Shown here: positions 39,331 to 52,177 of the stretch, piece by piece
Layout: each line of letters opens with the position of its first letter
Position numbering within the stretch: the stretch's first letter is position 1
Source: Octopus sinensis
Taxonomy: Eukaryota
Assembly: GCF_006345805.1 (NCBI RefSeq)
Contig: NC_043005.1
Coordinates: 54,188,001-54,252,000 of the forward strand
Reading direction: 5' to 3'
DNA: 64,000 nt
Notes under the pieces: generated by a model
Told to the model about the DNA's origin: nothing
Database searches by the model: none
Seen by the model: only the letters and a program-made list of their open reading frames with translations
Program-made: the position numbers and the translations under genes

Positions 39331-39555
39331 TGCAGTATACAACCAATTGAAGCATTTCGAGCCGCATTGATGCTTTTTCTTCCTCTGTATTTTTTTGTCT
39401 TTTTTTTACGTTTCTATAAATTATACAATAAAATTACTAATATACTATATATATATATTCTTTTACTTGTTTCAGCCATTTGACAGTGGCCATGCTTGAG
39501 TACTACCTTTAGTTGAACAAATCGACCCCAGGACTTATTTTTTGTCCTGGGTACC

Positions 39556-40829
39556 TACGAGGGACGTTCAATAAGTAATGCCTCTGACCCACTTGCAGTT
39601 GTTTGATCTAGCTGAAATTTTGCATGTGCAATCATTTATATCTCTATAGAGTAAGTGGCAAATTACAGCTCTGAATAAGTTGTGGTTTCTGATTTACAGG
39701 TCTTTGAACCGAGTCAAGTGTGAAATGGAGCCTGTTGAGTGTCGAGCAGTGATCCGGTTTTTGTATTTGAAAGGACGCACACCACGGGAGACTTTTGATG
39801 AAATGAAAGTAACATATGGTGATGATGCCCCATCATATGACTTTGTAAAACGCTGGCATCGTGAATTCAAACATGGTCGGAACTCTGTGGAAACAGCTCC
39901 CAGATCTGGTCGCCCCCTTCTGCCATTGATGAGGCATCTGTCTGTCAAGTTGAGGCTGCCATTTTGGAAGATCGACGCATAATTATTCGCCAAATAGCCC
40001 ATGAGGTCAAGATTAGTACCGGGTCTGTGGAAACTATCATTCATGACCATTTGCATATGCAAAAGGTGTCTGCCAGGTGGATTCCCAGGTTGCTCACGCC
40101 TTTCCAGAAGCAAGAACGCGTCGAGTGCTCGAGGGTGAATTTGGAGATGTGCCAAGAAGATGAGTCAAAATTTTTCAAAAGACTGATTACACAGGATGAA
40201 ACCTGGGTCCATCACGATGATCCAGAGACCAAATCCCAGTCAATGCAGGGGAAGCACCGTGACTCACCCCCTCCAAAGAAGGCAAGGGTGCAGCCCTCCG
40301 CTGGCAAGGTCATGCTCACAGTCTTCTGGGACCAGGACGGAGTAGTGATGACAGATTTCCTGGCAAAGGGTACCACAATTGCAGGAGCCTATTATGCTTC
40401 ACTTTTGAGGAAATTAAGAGAAGTTATCAAAATCAAGAGGCGGTGCAAGATCAGCAAAGGCATCCTCCTCCTGCAGAACAACGCTCCGGTCCACAACTCG
40501 CGTGTCGCCAGATCAGAAGCACAGGCGTGCGGCTATGAACTCCTCCCCTTGCACCCTCTGATTTTTACCTCTTCCCAGCCATGAAGTTGATTTTGAAAGG
40601 AAAGCATTTCCCAGATGATGCAGCTTTGATTTCTGAAGTCACGTCGTGGTTGGAGGACCAAGCTGGGGTCTTCTACAAAAACGGTCTCCAGAGCTGTATC
40701 AAACGATGGTAGAAATGCATAACTCTGGGTAGTTCCTATGTAGAAAAAGACTAATAACTGTGCCAAGTTTCGTTGCTCTACTGCTATGGGAAGTGGGTCA
40801 GGGGCATTACTTATTGAACGCCCCTCGTA
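39556..40829 (+). mobile_element. Full-length mariner transposon (irritans-like), 1.27 kb
   Basis: TA-CGAGGGACGTTCAATAAGTAATGCCTCTGACCCACTT ... AAGTGGGTCAGGGGCATTACTTATTGAACGCCCCTCG-TA: 37 bp TIRs with 2 mismatches and TA duplication. Confidence 0.97.
39725..40754 (+). pseudogene. Mariner transposase pseudogene
   Basis: RAVIRFL..RSGRP, frameshift near 39915, WIPRLLT, TQDETW, second catalytic D lost (QNNAPVH), deletion in HPPYSPD before LAPSDF, premature TAG. Confidence 0.93.
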
Positions 40830-40942
40830 TTCTATCGGTCTCTTTTGCCAAACCACTTAGTTATAGGGTTGTAAACACACTAATATCAGCTGTCAAGCGA
40901 TGATAGGACAGACACACAAACAAACATATATATATATATATA

Positions 40943-41097
40943 TTACCAGAACTCCACCAGCAATTTAATTTCATTTAAATATTTTTCATCCATTAAAATC
41001 GTACATTCGGTTGACTGATCCAAAGAAATTTCGAAGTTAAATCTTTTACAGCTTTCCACTGTTTTTTTATATTTATGAGTTCGTATTTTGCACATAG
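40943..41097 (-). repeat. Inverted copy of 42565-42720
   Basis: MCKIRTHKYKKTVESCKRFNFEISLDQSTECTILMDEKYLNEIKLLVEFW* vs MCKIRDHKYKKIVEICKRFNFKISLDLSTECTILMDEKYLDEIKLLVEIL*. Confidence 0.92.
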
Positions 41098-41248
41098 CAC
41101 GGGCTTCTTTACAGTTTCCATCTACCAAATCCACCCACAAGGCTTTGGTTGGCCCGAGGCTACAGTAGAAGACACTTGCCCAAGATGCCACGCATTGTGA
41201 TTAAACCTGGAACCACGTGGTTGGGAAGCAATCTTCTTACCACTGCGC

Positions 41249-41287
<39 letters not shown>

Positions 41288-41289
<2 letters not shown>

Positions 41290-42720
41290 AAGTGTCGGAA
41301 ACCGGTCCTGCATTATCTGATCCTGGGTTGTCCATTTATCGAATGTTCTTCCAAGAAGTAAGATAAATTTTTCATGTTTGCTGCACACACGTCTTTGCTA
41401 GTATATGCGGAATGAAACTTTACAATAGCATCGTATTTGTATCGATTGCTTTTTTCCAATGAATATTGGTGCCTTGTTATACAACTCATCTGTTCTTATA
41501 TGTATAATTCTACCCTTATGGAGCTTTATTTTACTGGAAAGTAATACATTTGTATTGTAATATTAATTTTTCATTGAACACTTTTTCACTGTTCTCGTTT
41601 TGTTAATGGCTAGGCGTTCAGATGAGTATACTGGCATTGATGTGGCAACATTTGAAATATTGTCTAGGTAAATGCAGCTGATGAAGACTGATCAAATTTA
41701 CGGTGTCAAACGTATTTGAAGAGTCAGAAACCGGTCCTGCATTATCTGATTCTGGGTTGTCTATTTATCGAATGTTCTTCCTAGAGGTAAGACAAATTTT
41801 TCATGTTTGTTGCACACACGTCTTTGTTAGTATATACGCAGTGAAGCTTTACAATAGCGTCGTATTTGTATGAATTGCTATTTTCCAGTAAGTATTGGTG
41901 CCTAGTTGTACCACTCATCTGTTTATATATATATATATATATATGAGCACTGTCTGTCTAAGAGAGTATGTATGTGTCGTTTAGTCGTTGTACATCATGT
42001 CATCGTCATCAGTAATTAGGTAAGAAACTGCATTTTCAGGCAAAAATGACTACACAGTATATATGTGTTTCTATATTTTATTATTTTGAACAGTTTTATA
42101 ATACGTGTGAACAAAGTATATTTATATTGAAAAACTTTCCTTCGAGGATGCCTGTGCTACTTAAAGCTTTACAAAATCTAAGACAATGTAAATGCTCTAG
42201 TTATATCTCTTAAGTAACATTACAATAAACATAATAAAGAATAAAGCAGATAGTTATATAAAACGACATATGTCAGCCTTAAAGCATAAGGATATGTAGC
42301 TTTGTCAAATATATATGAAGTATACATTATGTGAGGACAAGTGGAAGAAAGTGAGAGAATATCTCACTGAACAAAGTGATCAAGCTTCTTGTGGAATCTA
42401 ACGTGGCTCTTCTATGATGTTTAATTCACCAATCTTTTATAACCCAAGGCAAAGCTTCTAGAACTTTTCAAATATAAATTATTTTACTCTTCCAAACTAC
42501 TAAGACAAAAACGTAGTATTATACTAAATGCTATTGATAATATATAGAAATGGAAAAGAATAACTCTATGTGCAAAATACGAGATCATAAATATAAAAAA
42601 ATTGTGGAAATCTGTAAAAGATTTAACTTCAAAATTTCTTTGGATCTGTCAACAGAATGTACGATTTTAATGGATGAAAAATATTTAGATGAAATTAAAT
42701 TGCTAGTGGAGATCTTGTAA
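41288..42720 (+). mobile_element. Unidentified decayed element: ~215 bp direct repeat (41288-41510, 41715-41925) plus broken ORF 42090-42720; possibly Penelope-like
   Basis: Direct repeat visible; CTGATGA-A-GAC..GTC-AAAC between the copies; ORF-like stretches interrupted by stops and frameshifts. Confidence 0.4.
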
Positions 42721-43034
42721 TCTGCCACGGTATATAATGCGCAAGTATAGTGCCTTAGTACATGCATTTTCAGCATGAAAAACTGATTAAGCATATTTAT
42801 TAGACATGCCTGTTAAGTAAATACTTTTTGTGATAAATTCTTGTCTTTTCTTAAGCTGCTTAAATATAGAAAGATGGCGACTGTGAAATAACATCTACCA
42901 TGAGTGATGTCCGGATTTATAAATATAAATGTAACTTGCTGACATAATGTAAATGTGCAGCTAATTGTGAGTGCTGATAATGAGGACTAAATTTGGGCCT
43001 AAAACAATTAAGTGAGATAATTGTTTTAAAGTAA

Positions 43035-43158
43035 TAATAATAAGAAGAAGAAGAAGAAGAAGAAGGAGGAGAGGAGGAGGAGGAGGAGGAGAAGAAGAAG
43101 AAGACGAAGAAGAAGAAGAAGAAGAAGAAGAAGAAGAAGAAGAAGAGAAGAAGAAGAA
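43035..43158. repeat. (TAA)n(GAA/GGA)n microsatellite
   Basis: Directly visible. Confidence 0.95.
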
Positions 43159-43740
43159 GACGGCATGACAATGTGGCAAGAATGATCCACTGGGAGCTCT
43201 GAGGAAATCATGGACAACAAAGAGAAAAGACATGATACAAACAAACCCCAGAAGAAGTCACTGAGAATGAAAATTGCAAAATCCTGTGGGATACAATGAT
43301 TCGGTGTGATCACTTGACCAGACGTCGGAAACTGGACATTGTTGTGATGAAGTAAAAAAGAAAGAACATACATGATAATTGACATAGCATGCCCCAGTGA
43401 TAACAGGATCAAAGAGGAAGAAGAAAAACTGAACAACTGTGACGACTTGAAGTGGGAAATATGAAGGCTGTGGTCAATGAGGAGAGTAGACATGATACCA
43501 ATAGTAATTGGGGCACTTGGAATTATCAGCACTCAACTACCAAGATGGCTCAAAAAGAGTTGTACAAATGCAAAAGTAGAACACCTACAAAAATCAGCAT
43601 TGCTTGGAACTGCAAGAATTCTTCACAGGGTTCTTGAAGTATGACCAGTAAACAAGCAAACAAATGTCACCTTATTCTTTTGGCTGTGGACAGCTGAACT
43701 TTTCATCATACCCAGCAAAATAAGCAGTGAATTTTCAACT
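43159..43740 (+). mobile_element. R4/Dong 3' RLE fragment
   Basis: RRHDNVARMIHWEL, ENENCKILWDTMIRCDH, DIVV..IIDIACPSD, DLKWEI; ends at (ATA/ATG)n. Confidence 0.88.
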
Positions 43741-44004
43741 TATAATAATGATGATGATGATGATGATGATGATTGTAATATTCTACACAAAATACTTTGT
43801 ATGTAATCTCAAGTTCTAAAACAAACACATAATTTTCTTATGGTTTCTTAAACATTCTCTAGAACAACATTTTGTACAAAACCAAATATATGGCACCCTA
43901 GGCATAACACCAACATGAACTTCCAGCTTGTTATCTCTTGAAGTCTCTGGGTGAGACTTGGAGCCAACTTGTACAAATGTAAAGCAAAAGTCAAACATAA
44001 AAGG

Positions 44005-44056
<52 letters not shown>

Positions 44057-44764
44057 CAACAACAACAACAAAGATAATAATAATAGGTGCTTGGAAATTA
44101 AATTATAAAGAAAATATGAGAGACATTTGGAACAAATTTTGCCTTCAGTTTATTAACAGTTTTAATGGTTTTGAACAGCCAGCAGAGATTGACCAAAATG
44201 AAACAGATGACTGTTGATATTGCTAACCGATCACAACTTAATATTTCTATGAATGATATAAATAATCTATTTCAGTTGCATATGCAAGACTTCAATGAAA
44301 TGCATGAATATTATGAAAGTCTAAAGATGTAAAAATAGGAACTTCTTTTTATTCTTTCACTCTTAAAGAGCTTGATTAAGTTGTTTCAAATGTTCACATG
44401 GTGATTTATATTTTCAAGTCCCAAGATAGCAATTTCGAGTGAAGTAGAAAACATACAGTAGATTTCAATAAATCTTACATTTGGTATGATGGAATTTATG
44501 CAGAAAAGAAAAAAAACTATTACAAAAGAGAGATACTGACAGATTTATAAAGAAAAAGAGTGATATGTTTTTCATGTGAAACTAATATGAAACAGCAAAA
44601 CGACATGGAGTGAACAACAAAGAAACACCCCTGTCATTAGACTAAATAAATAAATGAACTAATGCTACTTTAGTGATTGTTATCTCAGCATAATAATAGC
44701 TGATATAAATGTTGGTTGGTTGATTGGTTGGTTGATACCTCCAGTCACACTTTACATAATATAC

Positions 44765-45150
44765 TCTTTTACTTGTTTCAGTCATTTGACTGTGGCCATA
44801 CTGGAGCACCGCCTTTAGTCAAGCAAACCAACCCCAGGACTTAGTCTTTGTAAACCTAGTACTTATTCTATCAGTCCCTTTTGCCGAACCGCTAAGTTAC
44901 GGGGATGTAAACACACCAGCATCAGTTGTCAAGCGATACTGGGGGGGGACAAACACACACACACACATATATATATATACATATATACGACAGGCTTCTT
45001 TCAGTTTCCATCTACCAAATCCACTCACAAGGCTTTGGTTGGCCCGAGGCTATAGTAGAAGACACTTGCCCAAGGTGCCACACTGTGGGACTGAACCCAG
45101 AACCATGTGGCTGGTAAGCAAGCTACTTACCACACAGCCACTCCTGTGCC
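44765..45150 (-). mobile_element. SINE family B, full length
   Basis: Reverse complement of the 61015-61450 consensus. Confidence 0.92.
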
Positions 45151-46164
45151 ATATATATAGAGAGGGAGGAAAACAGTAAAATAGAGATACAGAAAGGAGT
45201 AGGATGAGAGGATATAATTGGAGGCAGGCAATGAGTGAATGAATGAAGTATACATACACACATGCAGTGAGGGACAAAGAATCAAAATGACAGGGAGAAG
45301 GAAGAAAGTGAGTATATGTATGTATGTATGCCTCTTCTATAGTTTGATTATTATAGATCTTCCAGTGAGGAGTAAGCCGGTTTCCAACAAAGATACAAGG
45401 CTCCATCTTTGGGATGTAGTCAACACAGACAAATTCACATTTGGAACTTGAGAAATATCTTGCATATTTTAACTGTTCCACTCACAGACTGAACTTATAA
45501 TGTACGAATTAGCCAGTCATTTTCTCTTTCTGAAAATCCCAGTTTATCCAGATTCTCCTTTAAGCATTTACTAACAAAACCTAGTGTTCCAATTATTAAT
45601 GGTATGAATATGAATTCATACTATAGTCTTGGTGTTTTCTTTCTCAACTATGTAGTCTTGAGTTCAGTCCCACTCTGTGGCACTTTGGCCAAGTGTCTTC
45701 AACTACAGCCATGGACCTGAGTGAATTTGGTAGATGGATGTGTGTGTGTGTGTATATGTGTGTACACATGTACATGCATGTGTGCATGGGTGCATGCTTG
45801 CTTTAATCTGTTCTTATGTGTAAGAAAGGGAGCAGTAAGCAGTGTTGGTATTTCTCAATTCCGTCAATGAATCAGTCAGTCACTTTGTGCCTTTGAAGAA
45901 ATGATGAATGAGAAATCCCTTATTTGCAAATCAGGTAAACATTAGTATTGCTGGACCTGGAGAAAGAGGAAGTACCCATGATTTATTTATTATTCAGGTC
46001 TTCCTCATGTGGTAAGATTGATCCCATTAATGTTCCACTTTAACCTTTGTAAGTCAACACCTTTGGGAAAGATATGAGCAGTGATAAAATTCCAGAGGGC
46101 TGATGTTCAGAGAAGGAAGGACTGTGTACAGTAATTAGTGTAGGGCCGAGGAATATGGCTGTGA

Positions 46165-46400
46165 TTGTGCATGGCTTAGTAGTTAGGATGTTGGACTCAT
46201 GATTGTAAGATTGTGGTTTTGATTCCTGGACTGGACAATGTGTTGTGTTCTTGATCAAAACTCTTCATTTCATGTTGCTCCAGTCCACTCAGCTGGCAAA
46301 AGTGAGTAATCCTGCAACAGACTGGCAACCCATCCAGGTGAGAAATGTATACACCATGGAAACCAGGAAACCAGCCCTTATGAGTCAGCATGACTCATGA
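46165..46400 (+). mobile_element. SINE family C copy
   Basis: tggcttagtagttagg..ggttttgattcctggac..gttgctccagtccactcagctggcaaaa..ggaaaccag. Confidence 0.8.
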
Positions 46401-47149
46401 AATTACTTTTTTGTTTTTAAAGGGTAGGGCTAGACACAACAAGGGTGATGGGAAGAAAAGGGACAAGTGAAGGGAGGGTGTCTGAGTCTAGTAAGCATGA
46501 ATCAAACTGGCTTTAGGGAGCAAAAGTCACTGTAGTAGTAACGGGAAGGATACAGAGAAGAGACAGCATGCTTGTTGGCTAGAGATTGAAACATGTCTGA
46601 CTGACATTAGATTAGAATTTATATTAAAAATAGTTTCATGCAATTTACACTTGTTTTACCACTTTTTTTTTACTGTAGGTTTTTCTCATGCAGACCCATA
46701 AAATTTATACCAGTAATATGTTTTTTGCCTTTTACTCTTGGCAACAACATATGACAAACGAATGCTTTTATGGAAACTTACCGAAAGTTAGTGAGAACTA
46801 CACTGACAGGGTCTCCAAGTACTTGCAAAACAAAAAAAAAATCTCTTTTCAGAGGGGAGGAGCATTGGAGGAGGTGATCTTGTATTAGATGATGAAAGGT
46901 TATAGTGGGGCAGAGAGACAATGATGGCTATGACTATCTGGTCACTGCATGAGCCATCCTGAACTGGAAGCATCCAAATTAGTCTTGTGGAAACCACTTC
47001 ATGGTGATGTAAGAAGGGGAAGATGCTGTTACACTTACGGCAACAACTTGATTACAGGACCTTGAGGTGATGATGTTGGACCAAGTAGTGTGGTGGATTG
47101 GACTTTGTTGCTGCAACCTGGCTTGGAACCTGGCCATAATAATAATAGG

Positions 47150-47278
47150 CATCCAGCCATAGAAACCAAGCCAAAACTGATGACCAGAGCCTGGTGCAGT
47201 TCTTTGGTTTAACAGCTATGGTCAAACTGTCTAACCCAAGCCAACATGGAAAAACAGACATTAAATGATGATCATATG
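47150..47278 (+). mobile_element. RTE 3' tail fragment
   Basis: ggcatccagc..gagcctggtgcag..aacccaagccaacatggaaaacagacattaaatgatgat. Confidence 0.7.
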
Positions 47279-47282
47279 ATAT

Positions 47283-48360
47283 ACCATCATCATCATCATC
47301 ATCATTATCATCGTTTAACGTCTGCTCTCCATGCTGGCATGGGTTGGACGATTCGACTGAGGACTGGCGAACCAGATGGCTGCACCTGGCTCCAATCTGA
47401 TCTGGCAGAGTTTCTGCAGCTGGATGCCCCTCCTAAAGCCAACCCCTCCGAGAGTGTAGTGGGTGCTTTTACATGCCACCGGCATGAGAGCCAGTCACGT
47501 GGTGCTGGCAACGGCCATGCTCAAATGGTGTTTTCTTTTGTGCCACCTGCACAGGAACCAGTCCAGCAGCATTAGCACCAGCCTTGCTTGAATATTTTTT
47601 CATGTGCCACTAAAGCGACACTGGTAACGATCATACTCACATGGTGCTTTTTATGTGCCAACAGCACAGAAGCCAATCAGCTGCTCTGGCAACGATCATG
47701 CTTGGATGGTGCTCTTAGTGCTCCACTAGCATGGATGCCAGTCATGCGGTGCTGTCATTGAATTTGATTTCGATTTCGATTTCACTAGCCTCAACAGGTT
47801 TCGCAAGCAGAGTCCAGTGAAGGAAAGGTATGCATAAGTGGGCTGGTTACACCCCTAGCATAGGCCACAGGTTATGGTCTTACTTGGCTTGCCGGGTCTT
47901 CTCAAGCACAGCATATTTCCAAAAGTCTCGGTCACTAGTCATTGCCTCGGTGAGGCCTAATGTTCAAAGGTTGTGCTTCACCTCATCCCAGGTCTTCCTG
48001 GGTCTACCTCTTCCACAGGTTTCCTCAACTGCTAGGGTGTGGCATTTTTCACACAGCTATCCTCATCCATTCTCACCACATGACCATACCAGCACAGTTG
48101 TCTCTCTTGCACACCACATCTGATGCTTCTTAGGTATAACTTTTCTCTCAAGGTACTTACACTCTGTCAAGTATGCACACTGACATTACACATCCAGCGG
48201 AGCATACTAGCTTCATTCCTTGCAAGCTTACACATGTCCTCAGCAGTCATGGCCCATATTTCACTGCCATGTAGCATGGCTGTTCGTACACTTGCGTCAT
48301 ACAGCCTACCTTTTACTCTGAGCAAGGGGCCCTTTGTCACCAGCAGAGGTAGAGGTAAGT
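47283..48360 (-). mobile_element. 5'-truncated RTE-clade LINE: ORF C-terminus, tandem-repeat 3' UTR, (ATG)n tail
   Basis: LPLLVTKGPLLRVKGRLYDASVRTAMLHGSEIW..NEASMLRWMCNV and WYGHVVRM motifs. Confidence 0.9.
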
Positions 48361-50094
48361 GTATATAAGAGGTAAGTGTAGAGGTATGTGTGTGTATATA
48401 TATATATGCACACACAAATATATAGAGAGAGGATAGATAGATAGATAGATAGATAGATAGGTAGATTGATAGATAGATAAATAGATAGATAGACAGATAG
48501 ATAAATAAACACTCTATAAGATATATAATACAAACTGTATGTATATATATATGTTGATGTGTTTGCATGTGTGTGTGCATGTGTGTATGTGTGTGTGCGT
48601 GTGTGTGTGCATCTATGTATCTATGTTTATACACATACTCACATATATTGACAGCCACATTAAAATCTACAAGAAGAATTATTAAGAATTCCATAAATAT
48701 TTAAATGCCTCATGGAATTAGATTTACTGATATATTTTAGTTAATCCACTTTAAAAAAAAAATCTACAATAATAATAATAATAATAATAGTAACAAAATC
48801 ATGAGCCAAGTTGAAAAAAATGAGGGAATTACTTGAATAGAATAGATGAAAATTTATTCTCTGATGATAAGACATAAATAACCAGAAAATTTAAATAAAT
48901 ATGTTTGAACGGAAAAAAAGACCAATCAAAATTTAAAAATTACAAAAATACAACATATTTACCTATAGTGTGCAGAAAATAAAGGAAGATTGAGAAATGG
49001 TAAGAATGATATCTAATTCTGTAATGATGTATGACAATAAATAAAAGAATATTAACAACACCCTCGGGCTAATTGTATGTCTTGATAAATAGGCTGGAAA
49101 AGTAGCATGGGCATATAACATTGCTTGAAAGAGTGTGAAAAATATTGTAGTTAGAATTTTGGCCTTAGAATTGTTAAAAAGGAATTCCCTTAAGATGAAT
49201 GAAATTATGTTTAGAAATTATTTTAGAAGAGAAACTTTTAGGAAACTCAAGTAATTGGATAGCTTTAATCATGTAAAAAAAAAAAAAATAGGGGGCTAAA
49301 TAATCCTCTAACAGTTTGTCTCTGTTTCTTTCACTCTTTCTCTCACTCTCTCTTCTTAATAAATATATGTGTATATGTATGTTCAGGCATGTGTTGTGTA
49401 TGTAGCCAAGTTTGTATGAGTGTGTTTGCTTGTGTATGCATGTGTTTGTGCTTGTGTGTTTGTTTATCAGAATAAATTTTAAAAACCAAGAAAGAAAGAA
49501 ATGAAGCGAGTTTAAAGAATTTGTTCAACAATTTCGTTTCCATATTGAATGTTATAATGTTATAACAGTATATTTTATTTGGAGCATTATGAAATAGAGT
49601 TAAAAGTGAATGAGAAAGCTTCTGTAATTCTCAATGGAAATACAGAAGTGAGAAGAAAAACAAAACAAAAAAAGAAAAGAAAAAGAAAAACAAATGCTGA
49701 TTGGTATAGTGAAACCAGTCAATTAGTTTCATGCAACTCATCTATTCTGTTGTTGACGGAGGAGTTTAATATTTCAATAAAAATGGCCTCTTTAATTTTC
49801 AACATTTGCTTTTAAAGTAGCAGTTGCTGCTTGTAAACTATGCACCTGCATAAAGGAACACATTCGTATGAATGTCTTGTTGATTAACAAACATCTGGGA
49901 AAATGTCATAACCAAATCATTATTACTGCCACCGTCAATACTACAAAATGGATGACTGGAAACTTGAAAATTAGTGACTAATGTTTTACTAAACTGTCTA
50001 AGTTCACCATCAACAACAGGCAAAATTTGTATGACGGTAACTCGTTAATTTAATAGCACAAATATGCAAATGTTGCAGCATACCCAGCCCTATT

Positions 50095-50500
50095 TTTACT
50101 CTTTTACTCTTTTACTTGCTTCAGTCATTTGACTGCGGCCATGCTGGAGCACCGCCTTTAGTCGAGCAAATCGACCCCAGGACGTATTCTTTGTAAGCCT
50201 AGTACTTATTCTATCAGTCTCTTTTGCTGAACCGCTAAGTTACAGGGACGTAAACACACTACCATCAGTTGTCAAGCAATGTTGGGTGGGGGGGACAAAT
50301 ACAGACACACAAACATATATACACACATACATATATACATATATACGACAGGCTTCTTTCAGTTTCCGTCTACCAAATCCACTCACAAGCCTTTGGTTGG
50401 CCCAAGGCTATAGTAGAAGACACTTGCCCAAGGTGCCACACAGTGGGACTGAACCCAGAACTGTGTGGTTGGTAAGCAAGCTACTTACCACACAGCCACT
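50095..50500 (-). mobile_element. SINE family B, full length
   Basis: Reverse complement of consensus with (TTTACTC)n tail. Confidence 0.92.
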
Positions 50501-50719
50501 TCTGAACCAATTTACTCATATTTCTTCACAAATTAGAGCTAAAATCAATCTCCAGTTTTCCATTTCGTTTCTTGATAAAGGAATCTTCAAGCCAAAATGT
50601 TGAAATATAAAAGAGTAAACCATTCTCTTTATTTTCAACTTGGAGTTTTAATTAAATTTTATATTCAATATAAATACACACACACAAATATATATATATA
50701 TATATGTATACATACATAT

Positions 50720-50925
50720 TGATTTCAAAGTTTGGCACAAGACTAGAATTTTTCAGTGGAAGTTAAGTCGATTACATCATCTCAACTGGTAATTATTTCA
50801 TTGACCCCAAAAAGATGCAAGGCAAAGTCAGCCTCAGCAGAATTTGAACTCAGAACATGAAGACAGACAAAATGCCACAAAGAATTTCACCTGGCATACT
50901 AATGATTGTGCCAGCTCATTGCCTT
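50720..50925 (-). mobile_element. SINE family A copy
   Basis: tttggcacaagac..attgaccccaaaaagatgcaaggcaaagtcagcctcagcagaatttgaactcagaac. Confidence 0.75.
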
Positions 50926-51648
50926 ATGCATACATGCATACATACATACACATATATTGAATCCATCACCTATTAATTAATATTATCACAAACACACACA
51001 CACACATACATCATCACTTAATGTCCGCCTTCCTGCACCAGACTTCTGTGACTGTTTTGGCAGGATTTTTACAGCTGGATGCCCTTCCTAACATCAACCA
51101 CCCAACAGAGTAGACTTAGTGCTTTTTATGTGGTACAAGCACAGACAAGATTAGTTTTTGCAAGTTTTTTTTACAGCTGGATGCCCTTCCAAACACAAGC
51201 TACTTTACAGTGTGGACTGGGTACTTTTAAGTGGCGCCTACACTGACAGGGTCACCAAGTACTTGCAAAACACAAAAAGAATCTCTTTTCAGAGGGGAGG
51301 AGGTGATCTTGTATTAGATGATGAAAGGTTATAGTGGGGCAGAGAGACAGAAACAGGAGAGACAGAAACATACACATCGCCTGGTCTGAGATTCGAACCC
51401 ATGATCCCTTGACCGTGAGTCTGCTGCTCTAACCACTAGGCCATGTGCCTCCATGTGTGTATATATATATGCATGCATGCATATAAATAAACGTATGTAT
51501 GTATGTATGTATGTATGTGCTTCATTGAAAATACAACTATGTTTGTGTTTAGTTTTCACATTAACATTTTTACAAGACTTAACATAAGACCCTTGCAATT
51601 TGATTGAAACAATAAAGTACTTAAATTTCTTTTTAACAATGTTTCCAG

Positions 51649-51729
51649 GCTATATGAATAGCATCAGGACTTGGAGGGATGTTGGTTTCTGTACAAACTT
51701 TTGTTTATACAGACCAGACTTTGTCACCA
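51649..51729 (+). other. Candidate spliced exon (81 nt), unverified
   Basis: gtttccag|GCT...CCA|gtaagt; phase-0 frame has one TGA, phase-1 frame is open. Confidence 0.25.
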
Positions 51730-52051
51730 GTAAGTTGGTGATGAATGGTTTATTTACCCCCAGCTGGATTTGAACATTAATACAGTAGGGTCATTGAATA
51801 TACCATTCTTTCCACTTCTTTTGAATGTAATGAAGTTGATAGACTTGAGTAATAGTTTAAATGCTTATAGTATGCAATGGAATAAATATTTTCTCACTGC
51901 CTGCAACAACTAAAGGCCAAAGCTAATAATTATTCTATAGATGTTACTCTAATTGTTGATTGAAGTTTCAAACTAAATAAAACATGGCATCAATATAAAG
52001 ACTATCACATGTTTCATGAGAATAATTAAATTTAATTCCAAATGTTTCCAG

Positions 52052-52177
52052 ATTAGATATAAAGGAGAATATGATTTGGTCATAGTTATTTCTCTTTGGT
52101 CAATTCAGTTTAGCAAGCAATGCTTTGTACAAACTTTGATACTTAATATCTTCATCATATTAGCGTCTGTTGCCAAG
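52052..52177 (+). other. Candidate spliced exon (126 nt), unverified
   Basis: gtttccag|ATT...AAG|gtatgt; open in phase 0: IRYKGEYDLVIVISLWSIQFSKQCFVQTLILNIFIILASVAK; no family recognised. Confidence 0.3.

Larger units (their letters stand above)
39460..41250 (-). mobile_element. One SINE family B copy split by a mariner and by an inverted 155 bp insert
   Basis: Pieces 39460-39555, 40830-40942 and 41098-41250 rejoin into the family B consensus (..gtac-TA-ttctatcggtc.., ..(TA)n..acgggcttcttt..). Confidence 0.85.

Noticed and set aside
44110-44560. ~70-codon open stretch with hydrophobic start (..FAFSLLTVLMVLNSQQRL..YESLKM) followed by stop-ridden frames, faintly chemoreceptor-like
   Set aside because: Several ORFs of this length are expected by chance in this much sequence; no diagnostic motif.
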